From positions 64,001 through 128,000 of the forward strand of contig JBCCHT010000014.1 of assembly GCA_039028615.1 (NCBI GenBank): a stretch of DNA of 64,000 nt, in the 5' to 3' direction. Origin of the DNA: Myxococcota bacterium (GTDB lineage: Bacteria > Myxococcota_A > Polyangia > Nannocystales > Nannocystaceae). This document shows, one piece after another, positions 1 through 8,956 of the stretch (positions are counted from its first letter, which is position 1; each line of letters opens with the position of its first letter). The position numbers and the translations under genes were made by a program. Below the pieces are notes generated by a model. The model saw nothing but the letters and a program-made list of their open reading frames with translations. It was not told the origin of the DNA and made no database searches.

Positions 1-169
1 GACGGTCGCCCACTGGCTGACCTTGGTCGGGCACCACAAGATTCCGCGGGCCAGCGCGCCCGATCCGGAGTGAGCCCGGGCCGAACCGAGTGCGGCGCGT
101 CGGCGCGCGCCATCGGTCGTGCCCGATGACCCCCGACGCTCGCCGCTCGGTTCGTCTCGCTCGCCTGTG

Positions 170-1213
170 CTAACGGGCCATCGCGGCTTCGAGATCGGCG
201 AGCCGCTGCCCCTGGGCCTCGAGGCGCGCGGCCTGATCCTTGACCACGCGGGTGAGGATGGCGACCACGTCCATGGGGCTTATCGCGTCGCGCCGCGCGT
301 TGGTGGCCATGTCGGGCATGTCCTCGGCGATGAAGCCCACGTGGGACGTCTCGGGATCGGACTTGTAGCGGAAGCGGACGGGGTTCATGACCCGTAACGC
401 CGCGGCCGCGGCATCGGACGCCAGCTCGCGAATGTTCTGCTTGAGCACGCGCGACGAGGCGTTGGTAAAGACCCCGCCTGCGGTCACGTGCGCGCCGCTG
501 GCGAGCTGCAGCGGGTGCGTGGGCCCAGTGACGCCGATCCCCACGTTGCCCGCGTCGCTGACGACCATCTTGTCGACGTTGCCGACTCGGAAGCCGATGT
601 GGCCCCCGCCGGGCTTCTTGTTGAGCAACGTGGTTCGCCCGTCTTGGTTCTGCAACAGCGCATAGGCCTGCTGGTTGGCGTTGTTCGCATGAGCAAAGCC
701 CACCCAGCCCGAGAAGCCCATGGTGCCGGCCGTCACGTCGCGATAGTTCGAGGCCGTGATGGTGCCCGTGGCCTGAAGATCACCCGTCTCGCCGATCGTC
801 ACCTTGTCGACATTGCCGACCCGAAACGCGATCTTCCCCGGGCCCGGTTTCTTGTTGAGCAGCGTGGTTTGCCCGTCTCGGCTCTGCAACAGAGCATAGG
901 CCTGCTGATTGGCGTTGTCCGCATGGGCAAAGCCCACCCAATTCGGGAAGCCCATGTCGCCGGCCGTCACATCGCGAAAGTTCGAGGCCGTGACGGTCCC
1001 GACCGTGTCGACGTCACCATCATCGTTGATCTTGATCTTGTCTCGGTTGTCGACGCGGATCCCGATGTGCCCTCCGCCCGACTTCTTGTTGATCAGGGTC
1101 GTCTGCCCGTTGGCGTTCTGAAGCAGTGCGTAGCCCTCTTTCGTGGCCGAGTTTTCGTGGGCGAACCCTGCCCAGCTGGGGCCGAAGCCCATGTCTCCGA
1201 TTTTTGCGTTCAT
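170..1213 (-). CDS. Fibre-like protein: three ~78-aa tandem repeats plus C-terminal peptidase S74 (intramolecular chaperone auto-processing) domain
   Basis: Repeats GxMGF..WxGFAH...YALLQ..DGxTTLxNKK; GNVGIG motif; SSRVLKQNI...LRVMNPVRFRYK...HVGFIAED typical of S74 domains; terminal coiled coil. Confidence 0.8.
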   Translation of the reverse strand: MNAKIGDMGFGPSWAGFAHENSATKEGYALLQNANGQTTLINKKSGGGHIGIRVDNRDKIKINDDGDVDTVGTVTASNFRDVTAGDMGFPNWVGFAHADNANQQAYALLQSRDGQTTLLNKKPGPGKIAFRVGNVDKVTIGETGDLQATGTITASNYRDVTAGTMGFSGWVGFAHANNANQQAYALLQNQDGRTTLLNKKPGGGHIGFRVGNVDKMVVSDAGNVGIGVTGPTHPLQLASGAHVTAGGVFTNASSRVLKQNIRELASDAAAAALRVMNPVRFRYKSDPETSHVGFIAEDMPDMATNARRDAISPMDVVAILTRVVKDQAARLEAQGQRLADLEAAMAR

Positions 1214-1296
1214 CGTGTCCTGTTGTCCTCGCGTGATTCCCGAGGGTCGGGGAGGACTTCCCTCGCCGGCCCCGGGTAGACCTCGTGCGTCACTCC

Positions 1297-1327
1297 GGCA
1301 GTCCGTCTCGCGGCCGAGCTGTTCCCC
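1297..1327 (-). promoter_or_regulatory. Putative ECF-type promoter, copy 1 (GGGGAACAGC-N12-CGGACTGCC)
   Basis: Same bipartite motif and spacing as 5544-5574; about 85 bp upstream of the start at 1213. Confidence 0.55.
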
Positions 1328-1366
1328 TACCGAGAAAAAAGGTCCGAGTTTTCTTCGCGAAGGCGG

Positions 1367-2341
1367 CTAGGTGCCGCGGAGCGCCAGCGTGACCGGGGTG
1401 CCTTGGTGTCCGACCACGAACACCTTCCACGACACGGAGCTCTGGCTGTCGACCGCCAGCTGCCACGCGTCGTCGTTCCAGGGGTACACGGGCGCACGCG
1501 TGGTGCCGACCCGCCGGGTCTGCTCCGCCACGAAGGTATGGGCGATGCTGGGGTCTTCGTTCTTCACGGTGACGTCGAGTTCACTCGTTGCGCTCGAGTA
1601 CGTGCACGTCATGGCTCCCGAGATGGGCTCCGCCCGTCCGCCCGCGGGTAGGTACTTCCAGCTCGGCGTCCCGCTGCTGGTGCTGTACAGCAGTTCGCAG
1701 TCCTCGCAGGCCTGCTCCAAGCTACCCGTGGGGGGATTGGGACACGCACCACCGGCCGTCCCCGTATTGCCCTTCTTGATGTGGAAGACCGGATCCCCCG
1801 GAGGCACCGAGATGTCCCAGTCGTCACAGGAGTCCTGAGTCCAGCTGAAGGGCAACAGCTTGTGGCCGCCGCCCGCCACCTCCCACGACCCCTCGAAGGT
1901 CGCGCTGATGATCGCGCCGGTCGTGTTGTGCACGAGGGCCCGAACCACGGTCCCGTCGGGCTGGCTGAACGCAATGGTCCCGTCGGTGGGGTTGGACCAC
2001 GAAGCGTTGGGTGGCGGGGCGTCGTCATCGTTGCCGGACGCCGACGGCCCCGAGTAATACTGCCAGCCTCCACCGTCCCACTTGAGCCAGATCCGCACCA
2101 CCGTCGGCGTCTGCACGGCGAGCTCGACTCCGGGCTTCGGTGATGTGTCGCCCCCCACCGCGGCCTCTACCTTCTTCTTGGCCTCCTTGGCCTTGTCCGC
2201 GGCCTTGGAGGCCGCCTCTTCGGCTCCTTTGGAGTCACAGCCGAACGATGAGGCTCCCACGGCCAGCGAGGCTGCGAGTAGCGAGATGAACAGGGGCCCG
2301 CGCGGGGCGATTGAATGTGACGCGTCGTTCGATTGGATCAC
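1367..2341 (-). CDS. Hypothetical exported lipoprotein
   Basis: Hydrophobic stretch ending SSFGC (lipobox-like), K/A-rich linker, Trp-rich beta domains; 21 bp downstream of the kinase gene. Confidence 0.7.
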   Translation of the reverse strand: MIQSNDASHSIAPRGPLFISLLAASLAVGASSFGCDSKGAEEAASKAADKAKEAKKKVEAAVGGDTSPKPGVELAVQTPTVVRIWLKWDGGGWQYYSGPSASGNDDDAPPPNASWSNPTDGTIAFSQPDGTVVRALVHNTTGAIISATFEGSWEVAGGGHKLLPFSWTQDSCDDWDISVPPGDPVFHIKKGNTGTAGGACPNPPTGSLEQACEDCELLYSTSSGTPSWKYLPAGGRAEPISGAMTCTYSSATSELDVTVKNEDPSIAHTFVAEQTRRVGTTRAPVYPWNDDAWQLAVDSQSSVSWKVFVVGHQGTPVTLALRGT

Positions 2342-2362
2342 GGTGTCGTTTGTCCTGGTGGC

Positions 2363-5329
2363 TCATTCGTTTCGGGTTTTTGACAGCAACAATCGATGGG
2401 CCAGTGCCGCGCGCTCGTCGAAGCCCAAGGTCTCGAAGCCCTGGGCCGCAAGCCGAGCGAGCTCCCGAACGCGCGTCGGCTCCTCGCCCAAGGCACCCAG
2501 CGTGCGGGCGAGGGCCAGTCGCGCGTCGGCGAGTTCGAATGGCTCCGACGGCGGGCGCAGCAACAGCTCGAGCGCGCGCTCCAACGCCGGCCGCGCCTCG
2601 TCCGGGCGACCGAGCGCCAACAACGACTGGCCGCGACCTTTGTGGGCAGTCGCCAGCATTGGGTGGTCCTCGGGCAATGCGATCCCCATGATGGCGAGCG
2701 CTCGCACGTATTCGTCCAAGGCCCGAGCATGTTCGCCCAGCGCGGCGCGAGACTCGGCGATATTCGAATGCAACAACGCGACCTCGGCGTGCGCGGGCCC
2801 GTACACCGAAAGACCGACCGCCAGCGCCCGCTCGTAGGCCTCGATCGACCCTGGGTAGTCCCCTTCATAAAACCGGGCTACCCCCAAGGCGTTGTACAGC
2901 TGTCCGGTCTCCTCGTGCGTCGGCCCCAGTTCCCGTTCGAACACGGTGCCGACGAACTCGAGGTCACCGCGAGCCTGGTCGAACGCCCCGCTGGCCATCG
3001 CCAGCTTGGCCTGGCTGAAACGAATCCGTGCCACCGGGGCACCGTCGGGTCCGACCGCGGCCTCCATGTGCGTCCGGGCCCGAGCCAGGCGCTGCCCGGC
3101 CTCGTCGAGGCTGCCCGTCTCCAACGCCAGCATGCCCAGGTCCTGCTCGTACTTGGCCGCGAGAGTCGAGCCGTCGCCCCAGGCCTCCCGCGCGGTGGCC
3201 AGCCCGTCCTCCAGGGTCGAGCGAGCCTCTGCGTAGCGCGCGAGCATGGCCAGCGCCGTGCCCTCGTACAGCGGCAGGAGAAGCTCGAGCGCGCTGGGCC
3301 GCGTGGGCGGGATGCGTAGTAGCTCGGCGTAGAGCGCCAAGGCCCGCGCGTGCTCGCCCGCCACCCCGGCCAGGCGCGCCCGGGCGGCCAAGGCCGTGCG
3401 CTGCTCGGTCGGTGTCCAGATCTCGGCCCGCGCCGCTGCGGCGACGAACTCGTCCAACATCATCGTCTCGGTCTCGGGCTTGGACCACAGACCGACCAGC
3501 GCCTTGACCGTGCGGCGCCGAGCCTCGACCTCCTCCTCGGTCAGGCCCTCCGCCGTCGCGCGATAGACCGCATCGGTCAGGTGCTCGGCCGCCTCGTCGT
3601 AGCGCGCGCGGTGCATCGCCAGGTCGCCGCGCAAGACCAGTGCCTCGACTTGCAGCGGAACGAAGCCGTGGGCCCGTCCAGCCGAGGCGACGTCTTCGAT
3701 CTCCTCCGCCGCTCGCTCCAGCGAGCCCTCGAGGAGCCGCACACGAATCTCGGCGACGCGCGCGTAGCCGTCGAGTACCGCCGCCCGGGCGTCGGGCTCG
3801 GTGGGCAATGCGCCGCGCTCGGAGGCGGAGCGCGGCTGGTGGCAGCGGCGAGGTTCCGGCAAGTCGGCCAGGATCTCCGCCCCATGGGCGACCGTGGCCG
3901 CGCTCGCGCTCGCGAACGAGCCCACCAGCGCCGCCGCCTGCTTCTGCTGACGATCCAGGCAATCGATGCGGCGATCCAACAATGCCCCGGAGGCGGTGCC
4001 GTCGACGTGGGTCGCCACGCACGCCTCCTGCCGAGCCGCCACCCAGTCGGTGGCCCAGCCCTCGAACGCCGCGTCGACGGTCCGATGAGCGGCCAAGGCC
4101 GCCCCGATGCCGCTGCCCTGCATCGCCGCCCGGACCTCCTCGCGCGTCGTGTCGTCCCAGGTCCCCGCGAGCGCCTGCGCATCGATGTCGCAGCGCACCG
4201 AAGCATCGTCGCTCGGCGCCAGCGCGAGAGTGGTGCCCACGGTGAGCAACAGCCCGGCACCGATGCCCAGCCCTACCCTCCACCGTCGACGAGCGCGGAG
4301 GTGGCCCTCGATCGTCAGGACCAGCGCCTCGACGCTGGGGAAGCGATCCTCGGGCCGCGGTTGGAGCCCCCGCAGCAACACCCCGCGCAACCATGCGGGG
4401 ATGCGAGGCAACGACGCGTGGGTGTTCGTGGCCCGGAACGTGGGCGGGCGGGCCTCCCCCGTGAACAACCTGCCCCCCGAGAACGGACGCTCGCCGTAGA
4501 GCGCCTCGTACAGCGCCACGCACAGGCTGAACTGATCGGCGCGCGCGTCCACGGGCATGCGCCCGGCCTGCTCGGGAGCCATATAGGCCGGCGTCCCCAT
4601 CATGGTCCCCGTCCGGGTGATCCGCTGCCCCAGCACGCCGTCCGAGCTGCCGTCGTGGCGCTCGTCCGCCGAAGGCTCATCGGGCACGGTGGCGAGCCGA
4701 GAGCGAAGGCTGGGTGCCCCGTCGTCCGAAGCGAGCCCCTCGCCCGAGCGCTCGCGCGCGAGGCCGAAGTCGAGCACGCGCACCCGGGCCTCGTCGTCGA
4801 GGATGCAGTTGGCGGGCTTGAAGTCGCGATGCACGATCGCCACGGCGTGCGCCGCAGCCAGCCCCCGTCCCGCTTGCAGGTACACCGCCAGGCACTCTCG
4901 CCACGGGTGCGGCTGCCGATGCCACTGCTGCAGCGTGCGGCCGCGGACCAGCTCCATCGCGATGAACACCCGCCCGTCCGCCTCCCCTGACTCGAACACC
5001 TGCACGACGTTGGGATGCGACAGGCGGGCCAGCGCGTGCGCCTCGCGAACGAGCCGTTTTTGGTGCGCTCCGCCCCTCGCGTCGCGCAGCACCTTGAGCG
5101 CGACCGGGCGATCGAGCTGCGGATCGTGGGCCTCCAGCACCGTCCCCATCGCGCCTCGGCCCAAGCGGCCGACGATGCGAAAGCGACCGAGCGTCGGCGG
5201 CGCGACATCGTCGTCGAACAACGCCGAGAACACCTTCGTCTTGTCCACCTTGCGCAGCCCCAGCTGCGGACGCGGCTGAACCTCGCCCGTCCCGGGGGTC
5301 CCCACGGACTCGCTGGTTTCGTTGGTCAT
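2363..5329 (-). CDS. Membrane Hanks-type Ser/Thr kinase with C-terminal TPR repeats
   Basis: LGRGAMG, VALK, HRDFKPAN, DFGLAR, GTPAYMAPE motifs; one TM segment; TPR-like repeats; start reassigned to MTNETS (5329). Confidence 0.92.
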   Translation of the reverse strand: MTNETSESVGTPGTGEVQPRPQLGLRKVDKTKVFSALFDDDVAPPTLGRFRIVGRLGRGAMGTVLEAHDPQLDRPVALKVLRDARGGAHQKRLVREAHALARLSHPNVVQVFESGEADGRVFIAMELVRGRTLQQWHRQPHPWRECLAVYLQAGRGLAAAHAVAIVHRDFKPANCILDDEARVRVLDFGLARERSGEGLASDDGAPSLRSRLATVPDEPSADERHDGSSDGVLGQRITRTGTMMGTPAYMAPEQAGRMPVDARADQFSLCVALYEALYGERPFSGGRLFTGEARPPTFRATNTHASLPRIPAWLRGVLLRGLQPRPEDRFPSVEALVLTIEGHLRARRRWRVGLGIGAGLLLTVGTTLALAPSDDASVRCDIDAQALAGTWDDTTREEVRAAMQGSGIGAALAAHRTVDAAFEGWATDWVAARQEACVATHVDGTASGALLDRRIDCLDRQQKQAAALVGSFASASAATVAHGAEILADLPEPRRCHQPRSASERGALPTEPDARAAVLDGYARVAEIRVRLLEGSLERAAEEIEDVASAGRAHGFVPLQVEALVLRGDLAMHRARYDEAAEHLTDAVYRATAEGLTEEEVEARRRTVKALVGLWSKPETETMMLDEFVAAAARAEIWTPTEQRTALAARARLAGVAGEHARALALYAELLRIPPTRPSALELLLPLYEGTALAMLARYAEARSTLEDGLATAREAWGDGSTLAAKYEQDLGMLALETGSLDEAGQRLARARTHMEAAVGPDGAPVARIRFSQAKLAMASGAFDQARGDLEFVGTVFERELGPTHEETGQLYNALGVARFYEGDYPGSIEAYERALAVGLSVYGPAHAEVALLHSNIAESRAALGEHARALDEYVRALAIMGIALPEDHPMLATAHKGRGQSLLALGRPDEARPALERALELLLRPPSEPFELADARLALARTLGALGEEPTRVRELARLAAQGFETLGFDERAALAHRLLLSKTRNE

Positions 5330-5543
5330 CGGACGGAGATGAGGACGGGAGGTGGCCACTTGATCGTACCAGTCTGCGATGCGGCAGCGCCCCGCGGGGA
5401 GGCCGACATTCGCTCGCGACCTCGTGTCGTTCCGGGTGCCGAACTCGAAGCAGCCCGGCGGTCGGCGAAAGGTCGTCGGAGCCCCCGGCGAAAACGTTGA
5501 TCCGCGACGCAGGGAAAGCCTCTCCGTGTCGAGGTTCCGCTTG

Positions 5544-5574
5544 GGCTGTCCGAATCGGGCGAAGGCTGTTCCCC
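5544..5574 (-). promoter_or_regulatory. Putative ECF-type promoter, copy 2 (GGGGAACAGC-N12-CGGACAGCC)
   Basis: Lies in the kinase/sigma intergenic region, oriented toward the kinase; matches 1297-1327. Confidence 0.55.
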
Positions 5575-5615
5575 CGTTCGGAAAATAATTTCGATCGGGG
5601 TGGTACCGTGCCCAG

Positions 5616-6233
5616 GTGCCGAGCGACGCAGAGCTGCTCACCGAGTGGCGGGCCGGGGAGGCCAGTGCAGGCCAGGCGCTATTCGAACGCTATTTCGACC
5701 AGGTCACGCGGTTTTTCATCAACAAGATCCCCGACGACCACGAGGACCTGATCCAGGAGACCTTCATCGCCTGCGTGAAGGGGCGTGACCGGCTGCGACG
5801 AGACACGCGATTCCGCTCCTACCTGTTCAGCACGGCCTACAACGTGCTCAAGAAGCACTACGGTCGCATCTGCGACCCGCGGATGGCCCAGCCGCTCGAG
5901 TCGCAGTCGGCCGAGGATCTCTCCCCCGGCCCCAGCACGCTGCTGCGGAACGACGAGCGCGCGCGACTTCTGCTCGAAGCCCTGCGTCGCATCCCCCTGG
6001 AGCAGCAGGTGGTGCTGGAGATGACCTACTGGGAGGGCATGTCGTCGGCGGAGATCGGCGAGGTGCTGGGGCTGCCGTCCGCCACGGTACGGACTCGAGC
6101 CTACCGGGGGCGGGACAAGCTCTTGGATCTGCTGTCTCGAGCCGCCGAGGGCGAGGACGATCGGGCCCTGGACCCGCAGCGCCTCGACGCCCTGGCCAGC
6201 CGGGTTCGCGGGTTGATGGACGGCGAGCTCTAG
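5616..6233 (+). CDS. ECF sigma-70 factor
   Basis: Region 2 EDLIQETF...FRSYLFSTAYN; region 4 EGMSSAEIGEVLGLPSATVRTR; divergent from the kinase. Confidence 0.9.
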   Translation: MPSDAELLTEWRAGEASAGQALFERYFDQVTRFFINKIPDDHEDLIQETFIACVKGRDRLRRDTRFRSYLFSTAYNVLKKHYGRICDPRMAQPLESQSAEDLSPGPSTLLRNDERARLLLEALRRIPLEQQVVLEMTYWEGMSSAEIGEVLGLPSATVRTRAYRGRDKLLDLLSRAAEGEDDRALDPQRLDALASRVRGLMDGEL

Positions 6234-6237
6234 GCTC

Positions 6238-6939
6238 TCAGTATTCGTCGTGCCGCTTGACCCACTCCATCGCCCAGCGCAGGCCCTGCTCGTCGCGCCC
6301 CTTCGCGGTGAGGTCGAGCCAGTGATAGGTGCCGTTGAGCGTGTCGAGCCCGCGAGTATAGGTCGAGTAGGTGTGGAAGACTTCGCCGTCCTGCCGAATG
6401 AACGCGCTCGCGCCCGGCATCTCGCGCCCCCCGACCGGCTTGGTGCCGAAGTTGTAGACGAGCCCGTCGCCTTGCGCCTCGTCCTCGGTGAAGGTCACCG
6501 CGAACTCGCGATTGAAGCCGTTGTCCCCCGCGCTGACCCAGGGAAAGCGCCAGCCCATGCGCTCGGCGTAGCCGGAAAGCGTGGCCACGGGCGCGGTGGA
6601 GACCGCCGCGAAGGCCGTGTCCCGAGCCCGCAGGTGGGGCCGCATGGCGTCGAAGTGGTCGGCCCAGAAGGTGCAGCTGGGGCAGCCCTGCTCCCAGTCG
6701 GCGCCGAACATGAAGTGATAGACCAACAGCTGACTCGAGTCGCCGAACAGGTCGACCAGGCGGCGGGGGCCATCGGCGCTGTCGAACACGTAGTCGGTCT
6801 CGATCCGCCGCCAGGGCAAGGCCCGACGGGCGGCGCTCAGCTCGTCGCGTAGTCGGGTGAGCTCCTTTTCGCGGGCCATGAGCTCGAGCCTCGCCGCGGT
6901 CCACTGCTCTTTGCTGGTAATTTCGTGCGCGTCCGCCAT
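6238..6939 (-). CDS. DUF899 family thioredoxin-like protein
   Basis: W.AARLELMAREKELTR, LLVYHFMFG, GCPSC, VFHTYSTYTRG, WLDLTAKGRDE; start reassigned to MADAHE. Confidence 0.88.
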   Translation of the reverse strand: MADAHEITSKEQWTAARLELMAREKELTRLRDELSAARRALPWRRIETDYVFDSADGPRRLVDLFGDSSQLLVYHFMFGADWEQGCPSCTFWADHFDAMRPHLRARDTAFAAVSTAPVATLSGYAERMGWRFPWVSAGDNGFNREFAVTFTEDEAQGDGLVYNFGTKPVGGREMPGASAFIRQDGEVFHTYSTYTRGLDTLNGTYHWLDLTAKGRDEQGLRWAMEWVKRHDEY

Positions 6940-7021
6940 GACCGATGGCTTAGCGCCCCCGCGACGAAGGTGGGAGTAACAATACGGGCGGGATACTCCT
7001 GGACCGCCCGCAATCGACACG

Positions 7022-8227
7022 ATGGACTCCGCGATCAACACCGCGGCCCGGGCTCTGGCCGCGGGCGACCCCCTCGCGGCCCTCGACCTGGTCGCGCTGC
7101 GGCAGGACGCTCCCGGGCTGGCCCTGCGGGGCGTGGCGATGGCCCAGCTCGGCGAGCTGGCCCGGGCCAAGCAGCTGCTTCAGCAGGCCACCGACCGCTT
7201 CGACGAGGCCGAGACGCTGGCCCGAGCCCGGTGTGTCACCGCGTGCAGCGAGGTCGCGCTAGCGATGCGGGACCTCGGACCCCATGAGGATCTGCCCGAC
7301 GCCATCGCCGTGTTGGAGTCCGGGGGCGACCACGCCAACGCCACGCACGCGCGGCTGCTCGAGCTGCGTCGCATGCTGCTGCTCGGGCGCATCGACGAAG
7401 CCGAATCGCAGCGGCAGCGCCTCGAGATCGAAGGGATGCCGCCGGCCTTGGGCGCCATTGCGGAGCTGGCCACGGCGGAAATTGCCATGCGGCGGATCCA
7501 GGCGCGGGCCGCCGCCGCCGCGGTGGACGAGGCCCACGAACAGGCGCTGCGGGCCGGGATCCCAGCGCTCGTCGCCGAGACCGAGTCGGCCCGGCAGCGA
7601 CTACGCCAACCCGCCGCGCGGACCCCTTCGCCCGAGGGATTGCGTCCGCTGCGGCTGCCCGAGGTGGAGGACCTGCTGGCCTCCGAGGGCTTCGTCGTCA
7701 ACGCCTGTCGGCGCACGGTGGGCATGGCATCGGACCTCATCTCGCTCGCTCGACGGCCCGTGCTCTTCGAACTCGCCGCGAGCCTCGCGTCCGCCTGGCC
7801 CGAGGCCGTCGACCGCGAGACGTTGGTCCGCCTGGTGTTCGACGCCAAGGTGAGCGAGTCGCTGCGAGCCCGACTCCGCGTCGAGGTCGGGCGGCTGCGG
7901 GCGCTCCTTCGCGGGCGAGCGCTCATCGAGGCCACCGCGGACGGCTTCGCCTTGCGGACGTCGGGCGACGCCGAGGTCCACGTGCTCTACCCGCCGATCG
8001 ACGGCGAACACGGGGCGGTCATGGCCTTGCTCGCCGACGGAGCACCGTGGTCGACCTCGGCCTTGGCCCTCGCCTTGGGGGTCAGCCAGCGAACGGCGCA
8101 GCGTGCCCTGTCCGAGCTCCGAGAGTCGGGCCGTGTACGCAGCATCGGGCGCGCCCGGGCCCTGCGATGGCTGGCGCCCCCCGTGCTGGATTTCACGACA
8201 GTCTTGTTACTCCCGGTCCTCGGCTGA
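7022..8227 (+). CDS. Helical-repeat/HTH putative transcriptional regulator
   Basis: N-terminus MDSAINTAARALAAGDPL; C-terminal HTH WSTSALALALGVSQRTAQRALSEL. Confidence 0.8.
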   Translation: MDSAINTAARALAAGDPLAALDLVALRQDAPGLALRGVAMAQLGELARAKQLLQQATDRFDEAETLARARCVTACSEVALAMRDLGPHEDLPDAIAVLESGGDHANATHARLLELRRMLLLGRIDEAESQRQRLEIEGMPPALGAIAELATAEIAMRRIQARAAAAAVDEAHEQALRAGIPALVAETESARQRLRQPAARTPSPEGLRPLRLPEVEDLLASEGFVVNACRRTVGMASDLISLARRPVLFELAASLASAWPEAVDRETLVRLVFDAKVSESLRARLRVEVGRLRALLRGRALIEATADGFALRTSGDAEVHVLYPPIDGEHGAVMALLADGAPWSTSALALALGVSQRTAQRALSELRESGRVRSIGRARALRWLAPPVLDFTTVLLLPVLG

Positions 8228-8249
8228 AGGGCGCTACGCTCCGCGCACG

Positions 8250-8909
8250 ATGTCTACCCCGACCCCCTCCCCCTCGAACGACCTGCTCATCGTGCAGCGG
8301 GAATACGGACCCTTCGACGACAAGCCCGCCAATGGCGTGACCCACGACGGACAGCGGCTGTGGGTGGGCAGCGGCGACCGGATGCACGCCGTCGATCCCA
8401 GCGCGGGCGAAGTGGTGCGGACGTTGCCGCTGTCGGCCGATGCCGGCACCGCGTTCGACGGGACGCACCTGTATCAGCTCACGGGCGACCAAATCCAAGT
8501 GGTCGAGCTCGAGACGGGCGAGGTCCAGCGCTCGATCCCGGCGCCCGGGGGTGGTCGCGACTCGGGGCTGACTTGGGCCGAGGGCACGCTGTGGGTGGGC
8601 CAGTTCCGAGACCGCACCATCATCCAGATCGACCCCGAGGACGGAGCGGTCCTCAAGACGCTGCGTTCGGATCGCTTCGTGACCGGGGTGACCTTCGTCG
8701 ACGGCGAGCTGTGGCACGGGACCCTGGAGAACGAGTCGAGCGAGCTGCGGCGCATCGATCCGCACAGTGGAGCCGTGCTCCAGAGCCATCCGGCTCCGCC
8801 GGGGGTCACGATCGCGGGGCTGAGCTCGGATGGGCAGCAGTTTTTCTGCGGCAGCGGGTACGAGGGCCGCGTACGCACGATCGCCCGCCCCGAGACGACG
8901 TCGGAGTAG
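8250..8909 (+). CDS. Glutamine cyclotransferase-like beta-propeller protein
   Basis: Repeated blades GVTHDG..LW, GTAFDG..LY, GLTWAEG.LW, GVTFVDG.LW. Confidence 0.75.
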   Translation: MSTPTPSPSNDLLIVQREYGPFDDKPANGVTHDGQRLWVGSGDRMHAVDPSAGEVVRTLPLSADAGTAFDGTHLYQLTGDQIQVVELETGEVQRSIPAPGGGRDSGLTWAEGTLWVGQFRDRTIIQIDPEDGAVLKTLRSDRFVTGVTFVDGELWHGTLENESSELRRIDPHSGAVLQSHPAPPGVTIAGLSSDGQQFFCGSGYEGRVRTIARPETTSE

Positions 8910-8956
8910 CCCGAAGGGTTCGGGCCTCGCGAGCTACGCCTGCCGCCGGGGCACCA

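Noticed and set aside
5330..5641. N-terminal extension of the kinase in the ORF track
   Set aside because: Overlaps the divergent sigma start and the putative promoter; non-coding-like composition
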